64,000 bases of DNA from Perkinsela sp. CCAP 1560/9 (Eukaryota; Protista; Euglenozoa: Kinetoplastea), in assembly GCA_965644495.1 (NCBI GenBank), contig CBFFSA010000002.1:496001-560000 (forward strand). Reading direction: 5' to 3'. Under the pieces are notes generated by a model. The model did no database searches and had not been told where the DNA came from. It worked only from the letters and a program-made list of their open reading frames with translations. Within the stretch, counting starts at the first letter, position 1; each line of letters starts with the position of its first letter. Of this stretch, positions 1 to 10,266 are shown piece after piece. Made by a program: the position numbers and the translations under genes.

Positions 1-156
1 AGTATAGGCAACAGGAGTGTCTGGATGTGACCGATTTTGGGGAGATTGAGTACGGGCCTTGGTAAACGTAGGAACGGTGTACGCCACAACTTGGCTCTCT
101 TCGCAGACAAGAATCCGTCCCGTGGTGTAGAGACATTGATGGGGCAAAGCTGCCAT
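1..156 (-). CDS. 5' end of an unidentified CDS running off the window
   Basis: Open frame from ATG (154-156, minus) MAALPHQCLYTTGRILVCEESQVV... to the window edge; same strand as the cluster. Confidence 0.4.
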   Translation of the reverse strand, partial: MAALPHQCLYTTGRILVCEESQVVAYTVPTFTKARTQSPQNRSHPDTPVAYT

Positions 157-627
157 CGTATGGTAGACAAATGAGGTAGGGGTAGTAAACAAAAGGAATT
201 TGTAGAAATGGACAGAAGTTTAATGAATCCTCCGTATTATTGGGGTCTGTAATAGTTACTACAGATGACACTGTAGATGAAAATAAAAGTAGTGCGGAAC
301 AACACGCAGTATATTAGAAAGTGTTAGTTTATTTACTATCAACTACTGGAAGCTGTACATGAAAGAATTGAAAGAGTACAAATTTGCTATAAAAGTTACC
401 GAGCAATTACACGCTCCGCAGTTATACCTGCCTAAATCTGGGAATCATTCTTCTACGTAGGTAAATGAAAAGTCACCCGTTCCAAGAAATCCCCCTTTGT
501 AATTCATTTCGTTAGCAATACTAATTTTCATCGGCGATATTAACTATTCTGAAATGGATATCATATTCCCTTTATCGAACCCCGTTGGGCCTATTTTTTA
601 TTTGTTGAATCAGATCGCTTTTTCTGG

Positions 628-1119
628 TTAAAATTTATGAGGTTTGCCTACCGGAAGTGCTATCCAATACCCATCGAGCCCTCTCAGGCCGGCATATTGA
701 TTTCCTTTATTGCAAATAAAGCACACAACAAAAATCATAACACCAAACCATGCGGTATGGAACATTCGTTTTCGGTGGATTAACTCATTGTATTCCGTAG
801 ATGACAGATCCCAAGGCTTTTTCGTAAAGCGCTGATAATACTTTGCGTCCGGCACTCCCATCTTCTGGATGCTTACCTTGTGAGGTTGGAAGTAGGACCA
901 GGGAAGCCAGCTGTCGTAGATAGCCGTGTTGGGTTCCGCTATTAAGCTGGTGTGTTTCAGCCCCCGTTCATTCGTGGGGAACAGATCGCTGTCATTAGTG
1001 TAATGAGGCTTCTGTGCCCCACACGTGAGACCGGTTCCGTAATGTGTAAGTCCTACGCTCGTGACGCTACGTGCTGCAATGTCGTGCGCACAGAGTCGCA
1101 GGGCATATCTGTTGTACAT
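628..1119 (-). CDS. ATPTB11: Kinetoplastid-specific mitochondrial ATP synthase subunit (ATPTB11-like)
   Basis: Motifs EPNTAIYDSWLPWSYFQP, AKYYQRFTKKPWDLSSTE, one TM helix and GLxGxDGxWIxLPxGxPxxF match the T. brucei subunit as I recall it; likely start is Met23 of the track ORF. Confidence 0.75.
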   Translation of the reverse strand: MYNRYALRLCAHDIAARSVTSVGLTHYGTGLTCGAQKPHYTNDSDLFPTNERGLKHTSLIAEPNTAIYDSWLPWSYFQPHKVSIQKMGVPDAKYYQRFTKKPWDLSSTEYNELIHRKRMFHTAWFGVMIFVVCFICNKGNQYAGLRGLDGYWIALPVGKPHKF

Positions 1120-1303
1120 GACTTTATATGAACAGTGAAATGGAAAAGCAATAGTGCTATAGTATAAAAATTTGTTAAACATCAAAATACTAATTCAAGT
1201 ACATGTATAACTACGATTAGTTAAGCTGCAACGACGTAATTCCCCACTCATCCCTCAAACTCCTGTAGACAAAACGGTTGCCCGGAATGGAAAATAGTCC
1301 TTG

Positions 1304-3379
1304 CTATTGCGAGAATATCAAGGAATAATTAAGCTCTATGAAAGTACACAAGTCATGCAGACAAACATGCACGTTCCACAGGTCGTGTATGCTTAAATTT
1401 TCGGAGATAGCCTGCATTTCACATCCTTGCTGGCGATGAAAAGCGCAGAGTGTCTTGTCATATTCCATTTTTAAACGCAAATCAACTTGATCATCCGATG
1501 AAGTCATCAAAAAGTAATGAATTCTGTCTGCAACTTCATTTAAAAGACAAGAAATCGGATAACCAATGGCTTGAAAATTGTATTGAAAAGTAGAATGTCC
1601 ACTGTTTGGTGAAGATGCCTCGGGAAAACAACGTTTAAGAATATCAGAGTATGAGGATTGCTCCTCCTCGGAAACAACTTGCTGAACAAAAACCCTTTGA
1701 ATGAGAAAGAAAGGGTACCGTAGCGTGCAGCGATTGACCACCGCTCGTTGTAATATTGCACTAGGTAACGAACATAAATGTCCACACGTCGCAACAGTGC
1801 ATGTTGAAGCGTAGAGGCAAGACTGCACTTTAAAAAGTGGGTCCGCTCGGCGTTGTAAATTGATAGGCTGAAACGGGACGTCGATTCGTGCTTTTTTCAC
1901 CACTTGAGGCGGTTTATTTTCCGGGTGACCTGAAGTTCCTTTAACTTGAGCTTCTTTTAAGGACCCCTTGGAATTTAACTCCACACCTGCTTTTGATGGA
2001 GACTGTTCTTTTCGCAATGACCTTAATGACGAACTCGGACCCCGCGATTCTTTGGTAGTCGATTTTAAACCCTTGCGTAATTCTATTTCTTGTTGTCTGC
2101 TGTCCCTCCGCAACGTGTGCTGCTGACGGTCATCGGCCTCTGTTTTGCCTTCTCTAACAAAGAAGTATTCCCCAGTCGCTATTTTCGAAGTTTCGACGCC
2201 CTCCTTTTCCACTACAACTTGTAGGAAAATTTTCCGGCCGAATACTCCTTTGAGAGGTATTTTCCCGTCCGGAGTTAGCGCAAGAATCTTACCTTTTGTT
2301 GGGGGAATTTTTCTGTCTGTGGAGTACCTGGCGCGGTACGAGCCTCCTCCACATGCCCACGGAGGTATCCATACGGTGATCAAGACCGAACATGTGCGAA
2401 ACGACGCATTAGGGGGAAACAAGAACGGACGTCGACACTGCGACATGTCACAATCATAAAACTGTGCCATCTCATAAAGCCCCACCGGCGTTTGAAGAAC
2501 CGCCCCCTTCTTGGTCTTCATAAACTCCTCAATCACCCCTTCCGCCCGGTTCTCAAACCCCCGCGCCGCCGTCGCATACTCACTCCCCTCACCATTATAC
2601 CGCACACAGTTCTCCGTCATCCTCCTCACCTCCCCCCTCACCTCCTCCACCGACCCATACCCCCCCTGCTCCGCCTTCACCCTCACCATCCCCCAATCCA
2701 CCGGATCCCGCACCACACTATGATAATCCTCCAACCCCCCAAACCCCACCGTCGGGACCTCCTCAAACCACCCCTCCCCATCCCCTTTCCCCACCTCCCC
2801 CACCACCCCCCGCACCGCCGCCACGAACCGCCCCACCCTCGCGTTCACCTCCCCGGGACTCTCCACGGGTCCCCCCCCCTCCCCCCCCCCTCCCCCCATC
2901 ACACACCCCGCGCACCTCCACTCCCCCCTCGGGGCCTTCGTCAGCGCCACACACCCCAGGTGGGCGCTGTTCATGCAGCCGTCGCACAGGACCAGGGTCC
3001 CGGTGTCGCGGTCGCAGAGGAAGCAGTGGGGCCAGTGGGCGTCGTAGGCCCCGGAGGCGATGAGGGCCGCGAGGTGCCGGGCCTCGCGGAGCTGGTAGGG
3101 GAGGACGCGACGGAGGGGGAGGGGGGTGGTGGGGGGGGTGGTGAGAAGGGGGGAGGGGGGGAGGGGGGAGAGGGCGGAGAGGGGGAGCGTGAGACGGACA
3201 CGGTGGAGGGTGGTGGGGGTGGGACCGAGGAGGGCGAGGGTGGCGCGGGGAGGGGGGGAGGGGAGAAGACGCTCAATAAGGGCAAGGGCTTCGAGGGAGG
3301 GGAGGTAGACGAGATCACCGGGGGAGTGGGTGGGGGGGGATGGGGGGGTGGTGGGGGGAGGGTTACGGGGACGGGTCAT
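1304..3379 (-). CDS. PHD finger + bromodomain chromatin protein
   Basis: PHD: CFLC...LVLCDGCMNSAHLGC...W.CAGC. Bromodomain: DYHSVVRDPVDWGMV...Y...NCVRYN. N-terminus is Pro-rich then Gly-rich. Confidence 0.85.
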   Translation of the reverse strand: MTRPRNPPPTTPPSPPTHSPGDLVYLPSLEALALIERLLPSPPPRATLALLGPTPTTLHRVRLTLPLSALSPLPPSPLLTTPPTTPLPLRRVLPYQLREARHLAALIASGAYDAHWPHCFLCDRDTGTLVLCDGCMNSAHLGCVALTKAPRGEWRCAGCVMGGGGGEGGGPVESPGEVNARVGRFVAAVRGVVGEVGKGDGEGWFEEVPTVGFGGLEDYHSVVRDPVDWGMVRVKAEQGGYGSVEEVRGEVRRMTENCVRYNGEGSEYATAARGFENRAEGVIEEFMKTKKGAVLQTPVGLYEMAQFYDCDMSQCRRPFLFPPNASFRTCSVLITVWIPPWACGGGSYRARYSTDRKIPPTKGKILALTPDGKIPLKGVFGRKIFLQVVVEKEGVETSKIATGEYFFVREGKTEADDRQQHTLRRDSRQQEIELRKGLKSTTKESRGPSSSLRSLRKEQSPSKAGVELNSKGSLKEAQVKGTSGHPENKPPQVVKKARIDVPFQPINLQRRADPLFKVQSCLYASTCTVATCGHLCSLPSAILQRAVVNRCTLRYPFFLIQRVFVQQVVSEEEQSSYSDILKRCFPEASSPNSGHSTFQYNFQAIGYPISCLLNEVADRIHYFLMTSSDDQVDLRLKMEYDKTLCAFHRQQGCEMQAISENLSIHDLWNVHVCLHDLCTFIELNYSLIFSQ

Positions 3380-3501
3380 GGGGTGTGGGGGGGAGGGGTG
3401 GAGAGGGGGATAGAGGATGGGGGGAGAGGGTGAACTATAAACCTGATTTTTTGTAAATGTTAGTTCCTTTAGCGGTTTTCTGAATGAATGGTTTGCTATA
3501 A

Positions 3502-4011
3502 TTTAGGCTCTTCGTTACACGCAGTGGTTGTTTTCAACTTCGAAGTCACTCATGCTGCGCGCTTCGCGTTGAAAACTATCTCCGCGTTTAACGAAGAGAC
3601 TAAAAAAGAAACATCGCCAAAAGATCATGAATAATCTATTTTTTGGGGTGAAAAATCTCCCTTTTTCGACTAAAATTGAGAAATTTTAACCCGAATTTGG
3701 GCCGTTTTCGAAACCTTACCAGGGGTACGAGGCGAATCTGTCGTAAAAAACGTCGTAGAATGGTAGCTGAGGTGGAAAATTATAGTCGCGACATACTCTT
3801 CCACTTACCTACGCTCGATTTTGAAAAGCAAAAAGTTTGAAAAAAATAGGCCCTAGACCCCCCATTTTTTTCAATTTTGGACCACCGGAGCCCTCTTTTA
3901 TATTTTTTTCTTCTATTATATTACTGTGTTCCTCTTTATATTTTCATTGTTTCTGTTCACTTTTTTTTCGAATAATCGAGGGTAGAGCGGTACTTATACA
4001 ACCACCGCAAT
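3502..4011. mobile_element. Hairpin-ended non-autonomous repeat (family A), short copy
   Basis: ~35-bp-arm hairpin at 3502-3603; homologous, in reverse orientation, to 41642-42418 and 50216-51625. Confidence 0.7.
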
Positions 4012-4143
4012 CTGTAGCTAAATTTTGTTTTTGGGCAATTTCAAAAGAAAGATTATTTTAGCGCACGCTTCCCTTTCTCTACTAGTTGTTTCTGTATTTT
4101 TGTACATAGATGATTCTAATAACTAAACACATGATTTTCTTAA

Positions 4144-4716
4144 TTAGAACCCAAGACCAAGTAACCAGTAACGTACGAGCAGTGCGGCGTCAAGGCCTAC
4201 ACCCCAAATCACAACTTCGGCAGGCTTAACGTACGTCCGCTTTGTGGGAAAAATCTTTACGAGTTCCTCCTCCATGCGGAACACGTCTCCATCAAACCTT
4301 CGAATCATCGTGCGCAGGAGGCGCCACTCTGTTGTGGTGAGTGGAATGCATTTCACTGGAAGCCGTCCTGTGCAGGTCCGATGAACGTGAAACGGGCAGG
4401 GGTCTTCCTTATCTACGGGTCCTAGTGGGATAGTATAGCCGCAGTCAGACTTCGCATGTTGTTCACGAAGTTTCTCAAATGGGTGTAGCGAATAACGTAG
4501 TGGAATCTTGAGCAGCTCATCGTAAAGGTCCTGGCGGAGGATGAGGTCAAATTTTCCACCTCTCCGCCACACGCGTGGGATAGTTTTCGCAATGTCTTGT
4601 GATGTCGCACCAGAGGTCACGAAACTTTGTACATTGAGCACTTGCGATTCGCGAGGTCCCACTCCAAGGAAGTTACCTCCCATCCAGATGGGATTCCAGC
4701 CTCGTCGTGTGAACAT
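4144..4716 (-). CDS. MRPL49: Mitochondrial ribosomal protein mL49 (Img2 domain)
   Basis: PFHVHRT..GRLPV, T.IRRFDGD...EEL, C-terminal WLxxLGF; ATG at 4714-4716. Confidence 0.75.
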   Translation of the reverse strand: MFTRRGWNPIWMGGNFLGVGPRESQVLNVQSFVTSGATSQDIAKTIPRVWRRGGKFDLILRQDLYDELLKIPLRYSLHPFEKLREQHAKSDCGYTIPLGPVDKEDPCPFHVHRTCTGRLPVKCIPLTTTEWRLLRTMIRRFDGDVFRMEEELVKIFPTKRTYVKPAEVVIWGVGLDAALLVRYWLLGLGF

Positions 4717-4935
4717 TAAATAATTAAACAATAATATGTTTTTCGCAATAGATGTTCATTTAAAATGTGCGTTTCCTGAATAGGCATTGCTTTACGTCTG
4801 GAGTAATGTCTACTGGTTTTTTTGTAGTCAATCAAAGCTTATACAGCGAATATATAGAGGCATAAGGAGTAAAGAACGTTTTTGATCTGTCATACAAATT
4901 CTATGTGCAACCTCCCTTGAACCTTGCCAAGACTA

Positions 4936-7900
4936 TTATGAATCGTTTTCTAGTTTTAGCTGAAATTCTGCGCCTTTTTCTTTATTAGGATCTCTGCATA
5001 GGATAAGAATTTGCTGGGAACGTTTCAGCACGGATAGTAGAGGGGTAGGACCGTTTACACCGTGGTACGTGTAATTTCTCAACTGTTTATCAACGTTCAT
5101 GAGGCGTACATCCTGAATATGTATTCCTTTGTTGCTCTTGAAAGGTTCGAACAGAGTGCGAATTTCTTCAATGAGCTCCTTTTTCGTGGTTTCTTCTGAC
5201 AAACGCAGAAACCCACCTTGGAAAAGAAAATTGAGTGTTGGGCTGGGGTGCTCCACATAGGCGGAACACATGCGTACGATTTCTGTCTTCTCCGCTGTGT
5301 TACTTTCAGAAAGTTTTTTGTACAAACGATATGAAAAGTTTTCATCTGGTATTGTGGGCAATGCCATGTCTTGGTCAAAGGTCTCATAGATTAAACAATC
5401 ATCCGTGAGATACTTCACCATAACCCAATCAGCAGGGTTTAGTTGAAGAGTGCGCAGGAGATCAGAAACCTTAAAACCAAGCTTTACGCTACACATTTTG
5501 GACATAGGGACACCATTTTGCTTTATCTCCTCCCCGCTACTATGATGGAAACTGATGGTAATGTTGCCATGCGCTTCTACTTCTTTCCTAGATGATTTCA
5601 AAATGCTGTACCAGAGTTCATAGCCGTACGGTGAGCGAGAACCATTTTTCGATGAGCTTAAATGTTCTTCCAACGCAAAAGGATTGTAGGAAGGAAGTGG
5701 ACATCGTTGAGGGCCATCATGCGTCAAACTGGGGGCTGTCAATTGGATATTACTCTCGTGGCATTCAACGCCTAATTGAGACTCTAGACTCTTGCGAACT
5801 TCTTTACACAATCGCTCATACGAAGCATCGGATTTTACTCTCAATCTGAACTGAATCACGGTTGGCGCAGCAAGTGAGTAACATTTTACAAATCTTACGC
5901 TATGGAGCTTTTCCAGCCTTTGAGTAAAGTCTTGCAATGTAGAATCCGGGCATGAATCCGTTTCGTCTTTCATCGTGGAAGAAATTAGAAGAGTAAAACC
6001 GTCACGAATGCCATTGAGCGAGTGTAGCGGCACGTAATGCAAGGGTGTTGAGAGTGGTACAGTTTCATCCTCGCAAGGATCTGAAGACTCAATCGCAAAA
6101 TTCAAAATAGCGCTGTCTTCTACGCCAAGCAAGGTACGAAAATATGATGTATATGCGATCACTGGAAGACAGGACTTTATGTATACGCATCCCATAAAAC
6201 GCAGCATACCGTGATGTGTGATGCTCTTAAGAAAGACGAGGAACGAGTCATTAGGTCCTACCTCTGTATCTTTTACAGCTACCTCAGTCGGATAGCCAAC
6301 CACCATAACGGTACTTAGCGCGAATAAGGATAAGGAGTCTCTTTTCTTTACTTGAACATATCGTGCCCGAGTATCGAGCCCTTTCGTTGCATGACCAATG
6401 ACGGTGTATCCTGGTCGGTGCCCACGAGTTGGAGCGGCTAGCGAAAGCGGATACTTGTAAATTTCCGTACCATCTTCACCCAGTAGGGTTAGAACCAATG
6501 AAGATTGAGAGGGGAGCTGCCATGCAGTTGTGAAGACAAGGTAATTGATATGGGCCGTGGTGCCTAGGTCTAATTTCCAATAGGGATGCCTGTCACTCTC
6601 GGCTGCGGCAAAAAACCCCTTGCCGTTTTGAACAAGGGCACAACTCTCTGGTGGCATGTCGTCGCGGTGCGAAGAGGAGGAAGCGATTCCGTTTGATACA
6701 ATGTCCAAGAGGGGAATACAGCGAGGCATAGAGGGTTCAAGTAGAAGGACAAAGCTCCACGCACCTTCGCAACCGCGGAGCTCCGATTGAAACAGTTCAC
6801 CGATAGACAAGTGCAACGACTCGTCGGTTATGACTCGTGGGGAGAAGACATAGTGCTTCCGCCGCTCACGCACTGAGACCAAGCCCAAATGGTAGCGCTG
6901 ATGCGAAGAAGGTACACCAATCGACGAAGCAACCTCAAGTGCTAGACCGTGAAGGTTGTCCTGCTTTGTGGTATCATATTGTAATGTGAATGTTTGTGCG
7001 CGATCGGGATCAAGGTGGTCGGTCCACAGCCCCCATGTATATTGATCAATAAAATGTGCAAGGTCTCGATGAGTAAGAACCTTGATGTGAACTAGAGCAT
7101 TTTTACGCTCTTGTTCCCGTTCTTCGTTTAGACGCTTCCGACGTTGGGCCTCAAACTCTGCTCTCACTGCATGTGGTATATCAGTAATATCCATTGAAGA
7201 AATGAGCTCCACAGCCTTGCTCTTATCTACGTAGAGAAGCAAATAGGCATTTCCGGTACGAGGAATGGAATGGCCAAACGCGTTTCTTGTAAATCCCCCG
7301 TAGAGCTCCGTCATCGCACTCTCCCTCGTGCTTGGCTTTACAGTTTCGTCATCAAATTCAAACCACGAACCCCATTCAGCTGCAGAAGTTTGATTTTCAT
7401 CTCCGGAATCTGATTCTTTCTTTACTCCGTTTTGTCTTTGTTCGTTTGCTTCATTTTCCTTTTTGGTAGGCTCCATGGTACGAATATACGCTTTGTAATG
7501 CCCATTGTGAGACGTTCCGCAGTGGACCACTACAGCCCACAATTCGTAAGGAATGTTAATATGGCATTTCTCATTTTCAGAAACAAATTCCGCAAAATCT
7601 ATGCTTTCTGGGTACATGTATTTGTCATTAATTTTGATAAGTTGCAGATCATTCTCAAAATCCATCTCGAAACGTTTCAGGTGAAGCATTAGAATTGGTG
7701 GAAGCTTCCTAAATACGATTCGTTTTATTGCATCTTTGTATTGCGCAGGACTCCCGTCATCGTACTCTACACGATATTTATTGGGACCGGTGAGCTTCTC
7801 TGGTTCAGTGATCTGCCGAAGTGAACTGCAGACGTCATTGTGATTGCGCACTTCCAGTTGTAGTTCGTAAAAAGGTATGGCTCTCCGAGACGTGTATGTT

Positions 7901-8346
7901 CCATCACAGCATTCAATGCATTGCTCTTGTTTTCCTTCGAACAAATCTCTGTGTAGGTACTCGTGCTTCGACCCTTTCATTTTCGATGTAAGGACGTCAA
8001 ATAACTTGGTCGCTAGCTCCTGTATATCGTGTTGTACTACCAAGTCTTCTCCTTTCCAACCGAAGGCATTAGTTAGGCGTTCCGTGCTCACGACCTTAGT
8101 TTGCGTCTGCATATGATAAAAAATCTCTCTCAGGGCAGAAGGAATATCATTCAAGTTTCCTTTGTCTTCAAGACTGTAGACAGCTTCACGAAAAGGGCGA
8201 AGAGAAAAGAGAACTTGCAAAAGTGAGTTGAGGTAACATGTTGCGCCAAGATTCACTAATCCTGCAGTCTTTGTTTGTGACTTCATCAGATTGATGACGG
8301 GAGTTTCATCGTCACTGCTTTGCTCCACTATGGATTCTTCCGACAT
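4936..8346 (-). CDS. Ubiquitin-specific protease (USP7/UBP15-like) with an internal F5/8-type-C-like domain
   Basis: Cys box GLVNLGATCYLNSLLQ, QHD, LHLKRF, His box VVVHCG...GHY, WFEFDD, AYLLLY; later PYWKLDLG...ARYVQV. Confidence 0.9.
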   Translation of the reverse strand: MSEESIVEQSSDDETPVINLMKSQTKTAGLVNLGATCYLNSLLQVLFSLRPFREAVYSLEDKGNLNDIPSALREIFYHMQTQTKVVSTERLTNAFGWKGEDLVVQHDIQELATKLFDVLTSKMKGSKHEYLHRDLFEGKQEQCIECCDGTYTSRRAIPFYELQLEVRNHNDVCSSLRQITEPEKLTGPNKYRVEYDDGSPAQYKDAIKRIVFRKLPPILMLHLKRFEMDFENDLQLIKINDKYMYPESIDFAEFVSENEKCHINIPYELWAVVVHCGTSHNGHYKAYIRTMEPTKKENEANEQRQNGVKKESDSGDENQTSAAEWGSWFEFDDETVKPSTRESAMTELYGGFTRNAFGHSIPRTGNAYLLLYVDKSKAVELISSMDITDIPHAVRAEFEAQRRKRLNEEREQERKNALVHIKVLTHRDLAHFIDQYTWGLWTDHLDPDRAQTFTLQYDTTKQDNLHGLALEVASSIGVPSSHQRYHLGLVSVRERRKHYVFSPRVITDESLHLSIGELFQSELRGCEGAWSFVLLLEPSMPRCIPLLDIVSNGIASSSSHRDDMPPESCALVQNGKGFFAAAESDRHPYWKLDLGTTAHINYLVFTTAWQLPSQSSLVLTLLGEDGTEIYKYPLSLAAPTRGHRPGYTVIGHATKGLDTRARYVQVKKRDSLSLFALSTVMVVGYPTEVAVKDTEVGPNDSFLVFLKSITHHGMLRFMGCVYIKSCLPVIAYTSYFRTLLGVEDSAILNFAIESSDPCEDETVPLSTPLHYVPLHSLNGIRDGFTLLISSTMKDETDSCPDSTLQDFTQRLEKLHSVRFVKCYSLAAPTVIQFRLRVKSDASYERLCKEVRKSLESQLGVECHESNIQLTAPSLTHDGPQRCPLPSYNPFALEEHLSSSKNGSRSPYGYELWYSILKSSRKEVEAHGNITISFHHSSGEEIKQNGVPMSKMCSVKLGFKVSDLLRTLQLNPADWVMVKYLTDDCLIYETFDQDMALPTIPDENFSYRLYKKLSESNTAEKTEIVRMCSAYVEHPSPTLNFLFQGGFLRLSEETTKKELIEEIRTLFEPFKSNKGIHIQDVRLMNVDKQLRNYTYHGVNGPTPLLSVLKRSQQILILCRDPNKEKGAEFQLKLENDS

Positions 8347-8593
8347 AATTCCGTTACTGTTGTAGAATAATGTACAAAAATATCTTAACGAAGAATTCTC
8401 AGATATAATTCATTTAAATTTTATACTACATTCCAGAGAGTTGAAAACAGCAACACTACATCATGTTTAAAACTACAATATATTTAAAAGTGTAGTACAT
8501 TTCTAGAACCTCGCTTTCCTAAAATGATACATCTATATAATACATTGTAATATCTACATGGTGTTGCAATTATGCCAGACGGATCCACCCTCA

Positions 8594-9934
8594 CTATGAA
8601 TCCTCATGAAAAGAAAGAATCACCCCGGCTGCCAAAACCGTGTTGTTATCCACAAGCGTAATCCGGGAGAGACAGCTCTTGTGTTCGGTAAACACTTCCC
8701 CACACACAGGGCGGGTGGCACGCAGCAGAACCACACCACACTGCTCCGCACGTAGACATTTCGGAAACGGTTTTATGACTCGTCCCGTCTTCTTGTCCAG
8801 TTGACTGAGACAACGCAGAACGGTCACCTCACTGCTCCAGTGATGCATCAACAGAAGCGCCTGGGATCCCATTAACAGCGCTTTGTTTGCCAGTGGGGAG
8901 AGAATCATCCGGGCCTCGATCGTGGAAGAAATACGAAGCGCACGCTCCGGCGTATGGACTACCATACCGGACGTGACTTGTTCTTCCTCGCAGTGTACGA
9001 TAATCTCTGTCATCTCCCCTGCTGTGGCCTGGATCTCTTCCCCATTCGCTCGCACGGATCGACAAGTGAGTCGTAGCTGATCAGGAGCGATGAGGATTTC
9101 ATCTCCCGCGCGGACCTGTCCGGAGACAAGAATACCGCGTAGAATGACCCCTTTCTGGTTCGGCACGCGATAGGCATCCAGAACCGGCATACGAAATGGA
9201 AAGCCAACCGGCCGTTGTTTTGGAACAATGGAGGACAGCGTGTCCACCAAGGAACGATCGTGGTACCATGCGTAATTCTTTTGATTGGACAACAAATTAT
9301 GACCCTGCAGCGCACTAACAGGAACCATAGCCACCTCCGAGGGCCCATACCCTACCCGAGATAAACACTGCTCTACCCCCTCACGCGCTATACGATACTT
9401 TTCCTCACTCTCCCCTAAACCCACACTATCCATTTTATTCACCCCCACCACGACGTGCCCAATCCCCGACATACGGAGCAGAAACACAAGCTCGCGAAGC
9501 TGTGAACCTGTGGCCTTGCCTTCGGGGGTCTCGCCCCCCCCTCTCTCCCCCGTCTCGCCCCATGGCTCCCCGACGTCCAGCACGAGCAGCGCGATGTCGG
9601 CCTGTGCGCAGGCCGCCGCGACGCGGGGGATTAAGTTCCGGTGGCCCGGGGAGTCCACTAGGGTTAGATTCCGACCCGTCGCCCTGGATAGCGTGTGGTA
9701 GGCGAGATCCAACGTAATCCCACGCTGCCGCTCCGCGGCGGTGGTGTCCATCAGGTAGGCATAGTGCTGGGAGGGCCTGCCGCGCTTCTGGGCCTCCCGG
9801 GAGGCCTTGTGGAGCGTCTTGGGGTCCAGGTGCCCCGCGTCGGAGAGCAGACGACCGAGGAGGGTGGATTTGCCGGAGTCGACGAGTCCGACGACGCAGA
9901 GGGTGGAGGAGGGGGTTAGGGGGGGAGGGGACAT
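8594..9934 (-). CDS. HBS1: HBS1-like (EF1A/eRF3 family) translational GTPase
   Basis: G1 GLVDSGKST, ERQRGITLD, DSPGH, NKMD, PVSALQG, then EF-Tu domains II/III. Start may be 9934 or 10039. Confidence 0.7.
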   Translation of the reverse strand: MSPPPLTPSSTLCVVGLVDSGKSTLLGRLLSDAGHLDPKTLHKASREAQKRGRPSQHYAYLMDTTAAERQRGITLDLAYHTLSRATGRNLTLVDSPGHRNLIPRVAAACAQADIALLVLDVGEPWGETGERGGGETPEGKATGSQLRELVFLLRMSGIGHVVVGVNKMDSVGLGESEEKYRIAREGVEQCLSRVGYGPSEVAMVPVSALQGHNLLSNQKNYAWYHDRSLVDTLSSIVPKQRPVGFPFRMPVLDAYRVPNQKGVILRGILVSGQVRAGDEILIAPDQLRLTCRSVRANGEEIQATAGEMTEIIVHCEEEQVTSGMVVHTPERALRISSTIEARMILSPLANKALLMGSQALLLMHHWSSEVTVLRCLSQLDKKTGRVIKPFPKCLRAEQCGVVLLRATRPVCGEVFTEHKSCLSRITLVDNNTVLAAGVILSFHEDS

Positions 9935-10266
9935 GGGGGGGTGGGTGACATGGGGGGAAGGAGGGAGGAGGTGTAGAGCGGAAGGTGTTGGGGATAAAAA
10001 GGTGGGTGGGTTCTTTTGGGGGGAGTGGGAGAATAACATAAGATTTATTTTTGTAGCTTGGTGTGATGAAACATTTAGGAGATATGCATTTCTTTTATAC
10101 TTCTTCTTAACTTCTGTCGGTATTATGCAAAAATAAGAAAACTAAGTGTGAGTGAACCAACCGCCAACGCCAAGGTTGCCCATAACTGCAAGCCAATGCC
10201 CATAAATTTAGCCCAGAACAATTTAAAGGTATATTTGCAAAAGTCTTAAATTCCCTCTACCGGAAT

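Noticed and set aside
2492-3433. Long Pro/Gly-rich antisense and alternate-frame ORFs in skew islands (also 17416-18082, 23893-24734, 36154-36857)
   Set aside because: Stop-codon depletion caused by extreme composition; they overlap better-supported genes or UTRs.
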